From: Heterodontus francisci
Lineage: Eukaryota
NCBI RefSeq assembly: GCF_036365525.1
Contig: NC_090404.1
Coordinates: 6,758,001 to 6,822,000, forward strand
Direction: 5' to 3'
Length of the DNA stretch: 64,000 nt
In this document: piece by piece, positions 52,738 through 64,000 of the stretch
How the letters are laid out: each line of letters begins with the position of its first letter
Position numbering within the stretch: position 1 is the stretch's first letter
Program-made: the position numbers and the translations under genes
Notes under the pieces: generated by a model
Told to the model about the DNA's origin: nothing
Database searches by the model: none
The model's input: the letters and a program-made list of their open reading frames with translations, nothing else

Positions 52738-53016
52738 GTACTGAGATGAGGAGAAATTTCTTCAACCAGAGAGTGGTGAGCCTGTGGAATTCGCTACCAC
52801 AGAAAGCATTTGAGGCCAAAACATTGTGTGTTTTCAAAAATGAGTTAGATATAGCTCTTGGGTCTAAAGGGGTCAAACGGTATGGGGCGAAAGCCGGAAC
52901 AGGCTACTGAGTTGGATGATCAGCCATGAGCATAATGAATGGTGGAGCTGGCTCGAAGGGCCAAATGGCCTACTCCTGCTCCTATTTTCTATATTTCTAT
53001 GTCTATGTTTCTATGT
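52738..53016 (+). mobile_element. CR1-like LINE 3' end
   Basis: TEMRRNFFNQRVVSLWNSLP and a (TTTCTATG)n tail. Confidence 0.8.
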
Positions 53017-54013
53017 AGAAGGAGTTTTACTCAGTATCTAAACCGAGCTGTGCCTGCCCTGTTTGATGACACAGTGTAGAGGAAGCTTTACTCTGTATCT
53101 AGCCTGTGCTGTACCGGCCTTGGGAGTGTTTGATGGGGCAGTGAAGAGGGAGATTTACTCTCTATCTGAGCTGTGCCATGTCTGCCCTGAAAAATATTGA
53201 TGGAACAGCATTCTTCCATACTGTACATATCAGGCTGTGTGGGAGCAGAGCGCTGCTCTTTAATATAACCTGGCATGTGACTGTGGCAGACCATAAGATG
53301 GGAGAAGTCAGCAAGCTGCTGCTGGTCACTGTGCAGTCATTCTGTCTCTGGGGATTGACATAATGAGGCAGGGAGAAAGGTGTCTTTAATCTAATGGGGC
53401 TATGGATGGCGCAGCGGCTCCTTCACCGAAGGGCATTGGGTTCAGACACAACCCAGACAGAACTGGTGAAAAATAGCTGTCAAGGAAATGGGAAACCGTG
53501 TAATAGGGAGCATGGAACAGTGTGGACATTGGCAGCAGTAATTCAGCAAGTCCAAGTTAGTCCATTTGTTCTTCAAGATTTATTAACAATTTCAAAAGGA
53601 ACATTTTACAGAGAAGGCTTTAAAAAAAACCCAGGTCGAAACTGAATGTAACAACTGTGCGATAAACTGAGAACAGAACACATGTGGTCTGAGCTGCCAG
53701 CTGTCTGTAAAACTGTAACAAGACCAGAGAGACAAAAAAGGGCTCATCGTCAAGGGAAGAAAACGATTGTGAAAAATGAATATCTACTTATTTACACATG
53801 TAGTTCAAACAAAGGTGAAATTCGAAGACACATTTACATTACAGCCACGATTATCTCAAACATTTCAAAGAGAAAAACGGAAATAATGTTTCTGATTTTC
53901 TCAGTTACAGATTCGGAACTATCAAACTGAAGGAAGTTTACTTTTACAGTTTGTTTGGTAATGCAGAGATGTTAGAAAATGAGGAAAATCCAGGGCGGCC
54001 GAAATTCAATCGA

Positions 54014-54022
54014 TCACTTGAC
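54014..54022 (-). pseudogene. IGHM: Cluster 2 IgM TM2 exon (intact VK-stop)
   Basis: CAG|GTCAAGTGA on the minus strand. Confidence 0.85.
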
Positions 54023-54166
54023 CTGTAAAAGAGGGATAAGATAATGAAGCAGAGGTTTCGTGGTCTGGACATTTATCTCAGACTATTTTTTAAATCTATG
54101 AAACTTTTCGAGATTTGTTAAACAGCTTCGGGCGAATTGAAGTGTGAGTGGATTGAATATTCTCAC

Positions 54167-54294
54167 CTTCATCAGAGTGACGGCAGCACTGTAGAAAATA
54201 CTCAGGAAGAACAGGATGATAAATGTGGAAGCGGTTGTCCAGATGTTTCCGCTCTCTTCCTTATTGTCTTCAATCCAGATGTGGTATGAGAAAT
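54167..54294 (-). pseudogene. IGHM: Cluster 2 IgM TM1 exon (open frame)
   Basis: [43 protein letters not shown] with AG/GT intact. Confidence 0.9.
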
Positions 54295-55485
54295 CTACGC
54301 AGATGTAGAGGAGAAAATAGTTTTACATCATTTATTACTCCAGGATCTAAAATTGTTACTTTGCATTCGGAGTTCTCTTCCTTCAGCAATTATTTTGCTC
54401 TTTAATTTAATTTTCAATGCTTATTTATTGTTAGGTTTTTCACGCTCAGCAATCTATCTCTGTTATTAAATCCACAGCCGTTCTTCCTTTATCATCTTCG
54501 TCCAGGCCGTGTTGGAAAATATGTCAGGTTTTTTTTTCTTTAGTGTCAGGCGCTATTTTATTTTGCATCAATTTCGTTCCATCATTAGGGAATACGAGAA
54601 GATAACGAGGGAGGTTTACTGATCGATAACAATTATTTTGAAGATAGGGATCAGACAGTTACTTACTTGGAGATTGTCAGTGGTGTTGAGTAAGTGATCG
54701 GTTGTGAATTCCAATCTTGTCTGTTTATTTCTGATGAAAGTAGTTGGTAAATCATCAATTTATCGCAGTTTCTAAATGAGAACATGGCTTCATTGTGATT
54801 GCAGGTCCAAAATGTATGAGGGAAATTGTGGGAGACGGTGTCTGTTGAAATAGTGCATTTGAATAATGCTTTTGTCTATAATCTGGCCTTTTTATTTGTG
54901 CACTTTAGTGTTTGTGTATCTGTGCATGAGTATCCCTTGCTTTGCATTACTCTGTGTTTGCGTATCCATGAGTGCGTTTGTGTGAGTATTAATGAAAGTG
55001 TTTATTTGTTTGTTTGTGTACACAAGTGTGAGTGTATTAATGAGATTGTTTATATGTTGATGCTGTGTCTATGTGTGCATGTATGTTAATGTATGTTAAT
55101 GTGCCAATGTGCATTGAAGTGTGTATTCAAGTGACAGTTTGTGTGTGTTGTGTCGACCTGTCTATATGTGTCTGAGCATGTTAATCTTTGTTTATGTGTG
55201 TGGTTGTGTCCCGATGAGTCTGTTAATCCGTGTTTCTGTGTTGATGGTTGCGTTTATGTGTCCCTGTAAGTTAATGTGTGTTTATGTGTCAATATATGTG
55301 TATGAGTAGTTAATGTGTTTGTTTATGTGTGTGTGTGTCCCTATAATTGTAACAATTTGTAAATTTATGTGTTGATATCGACATTTATGTATTAATGTGT
55401 GTGTGTTAATGTGTAAGTATGTGCACATCTGTGCTCTTGTATGTGTTTATGTGTGTGTTTGTGTATCCATGTGTGTCAGTATATT

Positions 55486-55846
55486 TTTTAGATTAGATTA
55501 GATTAGAGATACAGCACTGAAACAGGCCCTTCGGCCCACCGAGTCTATGCCGAACATCAACCACCCATTTATACTAATCCTACACTAATCCCATATTCCT
55601 ACCAAACATCCCCACCTGTCCCTATATTTCCCTACCACCTACCTACACTAGTGACAATTTATAATGGCCAATTTACCTATCAACCTGCAAGTCTTTTGGC
55701 TTGTGGGAGGAAACCGGAGGACCCGGAGAAAACCCACGCAGACACAGGGAGAACTTGCAAACTCCACACAGGCAGTACCTGGAATCGAACCCGGGTCCCT
55801 GGAGCTGTGAGGCTGCGGTGCTAACCACTGCGCCACTGTGCCGCCC
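55486..55846 (-). mobile_element. HE1-type V-SINE, full length
   Basis: Nearly identical to 21716-22064. Confidence 0.9.
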
Positions 55847-57233
55847 TGCACAGTGATTATGTGTGTATGTGTGAATGTGTGAATGTGTCTATTTATCTAA
55901 GTGTTTATGTGTGTGTGAGTGTGAGTCTGTTAATCTGCGAGTATGTGTGTCCATGTATATGTATTAATGTGTATCCTAGTGTGTGCTATATTTCTGTGTA
56001 CATGAGACTGTACTAACGTGTGTGCTTATGTTTATGTTTGTGTGTATGACTGTGGGAGCATTTATATCAGCGTTTGGGTCTGTTCACGTGTGTCAGTGCA
56101 TGTGTGTGTTTCTGCATGTGAGTGCGTTTATGTGGGTGCTTGTGTCCGTGTGCCTGTGCATTTTTATTATTTTTCAAAGTTCCACGGAGAACCAATATCC
56201 TGGCATGGCCTTTACAGTGTATATTGTAAAGAATATTCTTCACTGTTCTGTGTATAAATGTATTCTGTGCAAGGTACAATATGACATCAGCTGAGTGCAC
56301 GCAGCAAAACAACTGATCGGGCCCACAAACATCAGGAATACAAGTGTGACAATAACAGAGGAGGATTCAATCAACAATCAGATTTGGACTATTAGAATTC
56401 AATCTGGTCGCATAAGATTAACAGGGAAGAGTTTAAAGTTATTATATTGCATGCATATATATTTTACAATATGATTCTCATGTGGAACGTTTAAACATGC
56501 GCACAATGAGCTAAAAGCAGACTTTGTACTGATGGCTGCTGAGTCCATTTAATAGAGAGCAGTTGGCTTCTCATCTCTCTATCCGGAGAGTGGGAGTATA
56601 GTGGGTTAACAGATGGCCTTGCTCCTTTCTCTGATGTAGAAATTGTGGAGAGGGGCAACAACTGCCTTTCCCTTCTCTCTATTGGAGACGTGGAGCTACA
56701 GTGGAGAAACAATTGTTCTTTTCCTTTCTTTATGTTTAGAAAGTAGGGATCCAGTGAGTTAATAAATCGCCCTTTTTCCTCTTTCTAATGGAAGATTTTG
56801 TTATACTTGGTGCTGCAGCGTGGCCCTCCCTTCAGTTCCCAGTGCTTCTCATGCTGCAATTTAAAACTGACCCCAATTCTCAAGGGGCTAACAACACGGG
56901 AAACAGAGATACTGTGATCTAAATGCCTGGGTTTGTTTGTTGGAGAAGGGAAAATTTCAGACCTCCCCCAGCAGGGGAAACGTTGCTGAAGTTACTCAAC
57001 GGAATCCTCTAATGAATTAACGTTCCTCTGTAGCTAACCTGTGATGAATCTGAGAGCACTGGATCTAAAAGACTTGAGCCCGAGATCTACAAATATCCTA
57101 CTTTAGATGAATTGACCAACACTCACCAAATGTGGCAAGCAAAAATAGTTCAGCAGTTGTGTAGTTAAATCGCGCTTGCAAGAACAGGTCTTTATTCATT
57201 TGTATTTAAGATTGAAATGCAATCGAGAGATTC

Positions 57234-57614
57234 TCATTGACATGAACTGACAGTGTCCAACAGTGCAAGGGAAATGTTCACAAACCTCGGTTTACCGCTG
57301 GATTTATTAACTGTTCTGTTGATTTTCTTCAAGGGGATCGCTTCATGTCCCACCACACAGGACTAAGAAGCGCCGCTGACCCACTCCTCCGCTGCAATGG
57401 ATAACAGGCTATAGATGAAGAAGGAGCTGTTCTCGTTCTCCACCATTACCTCGGTGTTCTTGTAGTTACTGGGATTCACCGACGGTCCACTTGACGAAGA
57501 TCTCTCGGGGGGAGAAACCTCTCACGAAGCAGGTGAGGGAGAGGAACCTCTGAGCGGAGACTTCGTCTGCTGGGGGCAGGAGGACAGACACGGACGGTTC
57601 CTGCAGATCTTTAT
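57234..57614 (-). pseudogene. IGHM: Cluster 2 IgM CH4 plus secretory tail, disrupted
   Basis: 11-nt deletion at 57480/57481 (frameshift) and a TAG at 57363-57365 in the original frame. 381 nt versus 392 nt in cluster 1. Confidence 0.92.
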
Positions 57615-58095
57615 CTGCAGAAAAATTAAAATAAATGTCAATAAACCGGAGAATTCCAGAGAGAATAAAACTGGTGGGTAGATGTGAAAGGGATAGTGCT
57701 TTGTGCGAGATTTTAAAGCTTTTCATTTTTCCCCTCTGGGGCCTGTCCTGTTTTCCACTCTGGAGCAATCCCTCTCGCTGAGAACTTAAGGTATTAGACT
57801 GGGAAATTGCATAGAATTTACAGAACAGGAACAGGCCATTCTGCCCAACTAGTCTGTACAATTCCTTATGCTGCACACAAAACTCCTACCTTCTCCTCCT
57901 TCTAACATTTCTCCCTCATCTGCGATTTAACTTCCCCTGATATGCATCACCTCTGGTTCCAGACGATTCCGTTAGTGGAATTACAATTAAATTATTGGGG
58001 TTGTTCATTAGAGCACTTTTTAAGAAAATTTTCCCTTTCACATTCACAAGAAATAGGGGCAACCTCTCACTTATTGCTTCAATCTCACCGCTCAC

Positions 58096-58404
58096 CTGCT
58101 TCCTTGTGGATAGAATCTCTGAGAGGAGTCAGCAGATCCTGATGGCTCACCACGCAGTAGAACTCAGCCCCACTCAGTCAGGCTTGTGTCGAGATGTTTA
58201 CGGTGCTGATCACACTGTCGGGATCCTCTCTGGGTTGGACGGCAATCTCTGATTTCAAAGGCTTCTGTTCTTGTGTCCAGGACACGTTGACGCCATAAGG
58301 AGCATGAGACACGACGCAGGTTAAGGTCACCGTCGCCTCCAGTAAGACCTGTTCTATTGATGGTGGCTGTAGTTTAATTACTGGATCATTGCAGGAGCAA
58401 GGAA
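58096..58404 (-). pseudogene. IGHM: Cluster 2 IgM CH3, disrupted
   Basis: Trp codon changed to TGA at 58178-58180. Confidence 0.92.
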
Positions 58405-60040
58405 CTGTAAAACAGAAATGAAAATCAAACAAAGATTCATCTTCAGAATCAGACACCAGTGTTCAGCCTTCACTGTCTCTCGGAAACTAAATCAACTTCG
58501 AGATATCAACTTCAAGCTTTTAGTTAAATAATATCATTTATTGGAATGACAGCAACCGGAGAAAGCTTCCGGGAGATTCTATAACATATACTGTGTACTT
58601 GCACCCTCAGAAGCCTGTAATGGGCTTTGAAGCAAGTACCCGGCATAAAAATCGAATAATTGCGAGAGAAATTGCGTTGCACAATGAATAAAGTTCTTCC
58701 CGAATTCCCTGGCGGAGAAGGCATGAAGGGCCTAGTGGCCTACTCCTGCTAATTCGTAAGTTCGCATGTTTGGATTTCTGCCCGTCTTTCGATCCTTGCA
58801 CCAGATCACATCTCCGCTGAATATAACGGACCTGTCACCCAAGGACACGAGCTGTACATAGAATTCACACTGGCTCAAAACGAGTGTCAAATGGAATTCC
58901 GGATTTTAGGCCCAACAGGGAAGAACGTTAATTTTCCAGCGCCTTGTCACGATATTTGGGGAGATGGAAATATGCAGCAACGAAACGGAGGAGGGGCGAA
59001 AAGTCGGGAAAATGCAATCTATGGAATCTTTTTGAGGTGGAGAATAATTTGCAATAACGGTGTAAGGCAGTTTTCTAATATATATCATGAGTGAGAACTC
59101 CTCATGTGTCAGTCTGGAGTCAGAAGACCATCTGACCAGAGGGCAGTAATAGAAACATACGAAAAGGAATAGGCCACTTAACTCCTCGAGCCTGCTCTGC
59201 CATCCAATTAGACACTGGCTGATCTGTATCTTAATACCAGCTACCCATAAGTAACCCTTTATACCATTGCCTAACTTCAAACTATCAATCTCAACATGAA
59301 AATTTTGAATCGATGACAAACTTCAAGAGCGAGTTGAGGGAGAGAATTCCAGATTTCCGCTACCCATTGTGTGAATAGCTTTCTTGATATCATCCCTGAA
59401 TGACCTTGGTCTAATTTGAAGGTGATGCACCCTTGTTCTGGAGTCGCCCGCCAGATGAATTATTTTTCTCCATCGACTCCATAAATTCCAGTTAACATCT
59501 TAAACACCTCAAATAGATCACCCTTTAATCTTCTATACACAAAGGAATACCAGTTTTGTCAATGAAACCTGTGCTCTTATTTAACCCGTTGAGCCCCACT
59601 ATCATTCCGGTCAATTTGTGTTGCATCACTCCGAATGACAATATATTCTTCCTGAGCTCATGAGTCCAGAATTGAACGCAGATTTCTAAACAGGGAAGAT
59701 GCTTTTTCTGACAATTGATCCCGAGGTTGCGAAAAGTAAAGAGTTCCAGACACCTGTTGCTGCTTCGAATATGATCGGCCAAATCACGATAAACCTGAAA
59801 TCAAGACCCCCTCACTCTCTGTATGACATCAAAACAGAGGGAGCCATTCTTTGGTGATGTGATGACATGTTGAACCGTGAGCAATTCTAATTCAGCACTC
59901 ACAGCGGATTGAGGCATACAACTGCACGATGGCGAATTGGAAAACTATTCAGTGCTTTGTACTAACTCCAATAAATTGTTGAATTTGATTATCATTGGAG
60001 CACAGAATGATCTGGAGCTTCCTGGGATTGTGTCTCTTAC

Positions 60041-60358
60041 CCTGAGATCCGGTGATGTTTCGGCTTTGGGTGACCTCTTGATGGGAGACCAGGCAGGGTT
60101 AGACCGTGTTGGTGAACAATTCCCCAGCGGGGCCTGTTAGCTGACTGGTCGCCGAGAAGTTCCCGTTCGCGTCACAGGCGGCAGAGGTGACGAAGCCCGA
60201 ATCCATGGGTTGTCCATCCTTCAACCAACTCACGGTTATTGACTCTGGATGGAAATCGATGATTGAACACACGACAGTTGCAAATCTGCTGCTTGTGGTT
60301 TCTTCACTGGAACTCTGGGTGAGGATAACAGTTGGATGGACGATGTCACCTTTACAAT
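60041..60358 (-). pseudogene. IGHM: Cluster 2 IgM CH2, disrupted
   Basis: Tyr codon changed to TAA at 60099-60101. Confidence 0.92.
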
Positions 60359-60571
60359 CTTCACAAAAACATGTTAGACATTTCTCGAAGACATTAATAA
60401 CTTATACAAACTGGTCTTTTTCATTTTAACAGGTTATTTGTTGTCAAGCCGATACTAACTGGAGTTTCCAGGGATCAGAACAGTGCACAATACTCTTAAT
60501 GTGACATCGCCAAAGTTCTACACAAGATCATGATAGCTTTTCTGTTTTTACACAGTTTCCACAACTCTAAC

Positions 60572-60868
60572 CTGGAATTTCCTTGATCCAGAGCGACTCT
60601 CCGCGTCGAATCTCGCAGTAGATTTTGTTGCTTCCCACCTCTGACTCGGTGATGGTTAACTGGTTGCTCAGGCTGTAAGTTCCCTTCTTGTTTAGCACTG
60701 ACGGGTATGTCTTCAATCCAGTGGTGATCGGCTCTTTATCTTTCTTCCAGGAAACGCTGGTGATTTCGGGGATGTAGTCCATCGCCAAACAGCCGTAGGC
60801 CACGGAGCCTCTAGTGTTGGGTTGTTCACAGGAGCACAGGCCGGAAAGGGTTGGGGGAGACGGTGTCG
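60572..60868 (-). pseudogene. IGHM: Cluster 2 IgM CH1 exon (open frame)
   Basis: [14 protein letters not shown]...[17 protein letters not shown]. 297 nt, with splice sites intact. Confidence 0.92.
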
Positions 60869-63800
60869 CTAGGAAAGAATGGCAGATTGAACAAGTTAGA
60901 CTCTGTGATTTTTGCTTATTAAGTAACCAGACAACTCGGAATTTCACTCCAGCTAGAAACTGATTCTAATATTTTCCGATTAAAACCTTCATCCGCATTT
61001 TAGCTTCTATTAGTTCCATCATTTGGTGCTAATCGCCTGTCGGTCCCCTGGTCAGGAAAACACCTTTCTTTCAGGACCTGTCACTTAACAAAAGTAAGAG
61101 CCTTTTGAAGTCTTCTCTATAAAGTAACTTTCATTGGATTAAACTGGAAGATGAGTTTCCCCACTATTTCAGACAGTATTTATTTCTAAACATACAGGAC
61201 TTTGTCAAAAAATAATTGCAGTTTTTGAAAATTTGCTCTCTGAAAATTGACTGCTGGGTTCTCCCACCCTTCCACACCCTCCCAACCCCAAGCAACTTCC
61301 CCGCCCCCACAAAATAGCAACTACTCTTAAAAAGTGCCATTGCAATGCGTGCTTATAAAATAAGCTTAAGACATGAAACTTGACTACCAGGCAAAGTAAT
61401 TCCATGATTTTCCCATAAAATCCTGCAGTGACAATAGAGTTTCTTTAGGCTGTTCATGACCCAGGATTATAAAATAATAGAAATTATAGCAGAGAAGGAC
61501 GCCATTCTGTCCATCACTCCAGCGATCCTGCTCACCTGCCAATTCCTAATCTTCTTTTCAAAAGTTCCATTTTATCCGACTATTTTGGATTCTGTTTACA
61601 GCTCTCTTTCTGATAGGTCATCCCAGAACCTAACAACCCCCTGTGTAGAAAAGTAGATTAATGCCCTCTTCCTTCATTCTTTTGACGGTGACCAAATCAC
61701 TGAGCTGGGGAAATTGGTTTCTGAATTTCTGTATAAAACCATTCATTATTCAAAACACCTCCACCAGACTTCATTTTAATGTTCTATGTTCCCATGACAA
61801 TAAAGGACTTTTACAATAAATAGTTAAAGTCTCTTTTAAAATATTGACTGAATCATTTAGTGCAGAGATTTCAAAGGGGAGTTTTAACACAACCTAGTTT
61901 CTGGAATTAAAGCTTCATAGGACTCGGCATTGACTCCAGGCTATTACTTTCCTTCTCAGGACTTGTGGATTGTGATTTGTGTTCTATCTTATTCTGCTGA
62001 ATGATTCCCTCCCGAATTTGCTTCTCCCTGCAACTCAATTAATAATTCGAATTAAATTTAATTTCTAAAATCAGTCATTTGGAATGATGTTCTTTAAATG
62101 GTCCATTTAATTTTCCAAGGTATCTTCCCACCCCTCACCAGTGAGAACTGGTGTTGCTGACTGTGTCGTTACAGACACCTCTTCTTGCTGCTTGCACCGA
62201 CCATAATGTGAACATCAGGACAGGTTTCTTCAATAAATATCTGATATTGATAAAACCTAAACATTACACAAATATCAATCGGTTCCAAGCAAGGAAGGAC
62301 GAAAAATACTGAAGTGTAATTGCTGTCATGGTCAACTCTCACTTCTGGTTGTGTTGGTAATTCAAACACCTGACCCCTATTGGTCAGATATTGAAAGATC
62401 GCTCACCAATATGTTGGAAAAGAAATTGTCGATGTTGTTGGCGCAAAAGTTGGACATATGGGCTTTCAAATGGCATTAGATAACATACCACTTCAGAGAA
62501 CATTCGGGCAATAGAAGCGCGTGGATTGAAAGCAGGTGGTAACCTGCTTTATAAAAAGCAGAGAGAGACGGTGAACCAATGCTTTTCTGACTGGAAAGAA
62601 TTAAGCATTATGATCCCCCTTGGGTCGGTCGGAGGATCATTGCATTTTTTGTTCTGTACAATGACGTGGACTTGGTTAGGGGGAGTAGAATTTCGTAATT
62701 AGAGGATGATACAAAACAAATAGTGAGCAGGATTGTAACAGAGTTCAGGAAGACATAAACACACTGGTGAAATGTTCAGGGACAGAACAGATGCAATGTA
62801 ATGCGGATAAATGTAAAGTGCTGCACTGTTTGAGGAACAACATGGAAAGTTAATGTAACCTAAATGGTACTAATTTGATAGGGGTAAAATATTAAAGGGA
62901 CCTGAGATGCATATTCACACAGTTATGAAGGTGGTGAAGAAAGCGAATGGAATACTTGGTCTTGTAAAATGGAATATAGAATACAAAAAACAATGTAGAC
63001 TTATGAAATCTTGACAAATCACTGAGTGGGATGGAATATTTTTGCACATTTCTAGCCACCACACTTCAAGAAGGATGTTGGGGAGAATGCAGAGGGGGTT
63101 TTCCAGGACGATATCAGAAATGATGGTGTTCAGTTATGTGGAGAGATAATACAAGCTGAATTGTTCTCCTTCGGTGGTTATCTAATAAGTGTATTTAAAA
63201 TTATGGGATGTTTTGATATAGCAGTTAAGGAGAAACTGTTTCCTCTGGCAAGTGGGTCAGTAACAAAATAAATAATTGGCTAAACAAAATGGAGTGTTGG
63301 CAGTGGGCAGGGTAGTGGCTGCAGAAGGAGGTTTCTTTCTGGACAGAGGGTGTTTTTCTTCGAACCATAGAATGGCTACAGAAGTAAAGGAGGCCATTCG
63401 ATCCGTCGTGTCCGTGCAGGCTCTCTGCAAGCTCATCTGGAGTGCACAAGGGAACCAGACATATCCTCGAAGGAGTCTAACTTGCATGGTTATGACGAAA
63501 AAGCTGGCTTGTAAGATTAAATTGGAGAGCTTTTTGAGAGTGAACACAGGCATGACGGGCTGAATGGTCACATTACATGTGAGAAGATTCTATGATTCTA
63601 CCTGATTCAGTAGAATTAGTTCTTCCCAATTTAATGGGAGGCAAGGCTTCATAAATTTGAAGTTCTCTGTGACATATATTTTACTGCTTGTTGCAATGAA
63701 AGAGGACTTTGAAAATAAGAGGATCTGAGGGATTTAATACAAATGAGTCAATCAGATATTGTCAGAGACATAAATCTTATTGTGCTTGACATTGATTGCA

Positions 63801-64000
63801 GGCTAACTGTATTGCTTCAAAAGTTTCACGGAAGCTAACATCAGCTGCTTTGTACCCTCTGCTGTCACCCAGTCCAGTAATGACATCTCACCAGAGTTTA
63901 TCACTGCCTGTTACCTTTTGAAAATACTTGAACGAAATACTGGTTTAAACAAGAGAGTATCATGATGGTTATTTGGAACTGGAGTCTCGACTGTCTCCAT

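Overview
Shark (elasmobranch) genomic DNA. From memory the IgM VH and C-mu peptides resemble horn shark (Heterodontus); this is not verified. The window holds two IgM heavy-chain clusters in convergent (tail-to-tail) orientation. Cluster 1 (+, 4450-23632) looks fully intact: leader, a germline-prejoined V-D(-D) exon ending in a 12-bp-spacer RSS, one JH with a 23-bp RSS, CH1-CH4, secretory tail and TM1/TM2. Cluster 2 (-, 54014-60868, V/D/J beyond the window end) is a constant-region pseudogene with lesions in CH2, CH3 and CH4, while CH1 and TM remain intact. Between them lie six decayed T-cell-receptor alpha/delta-type V genes in mixed orientation, with leader exons and 23-type RSS remnants, so Ig and TCR segments are physically interleaved. 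The rest is CR1-like and other LINEs, HE1-type V-SINEs, a Penelope-like remnant, short Penelope-derived inserts with minimal hammerhead-ribozyme cores, and a 140-N assembly gap. All calls were read by eye with no database search.
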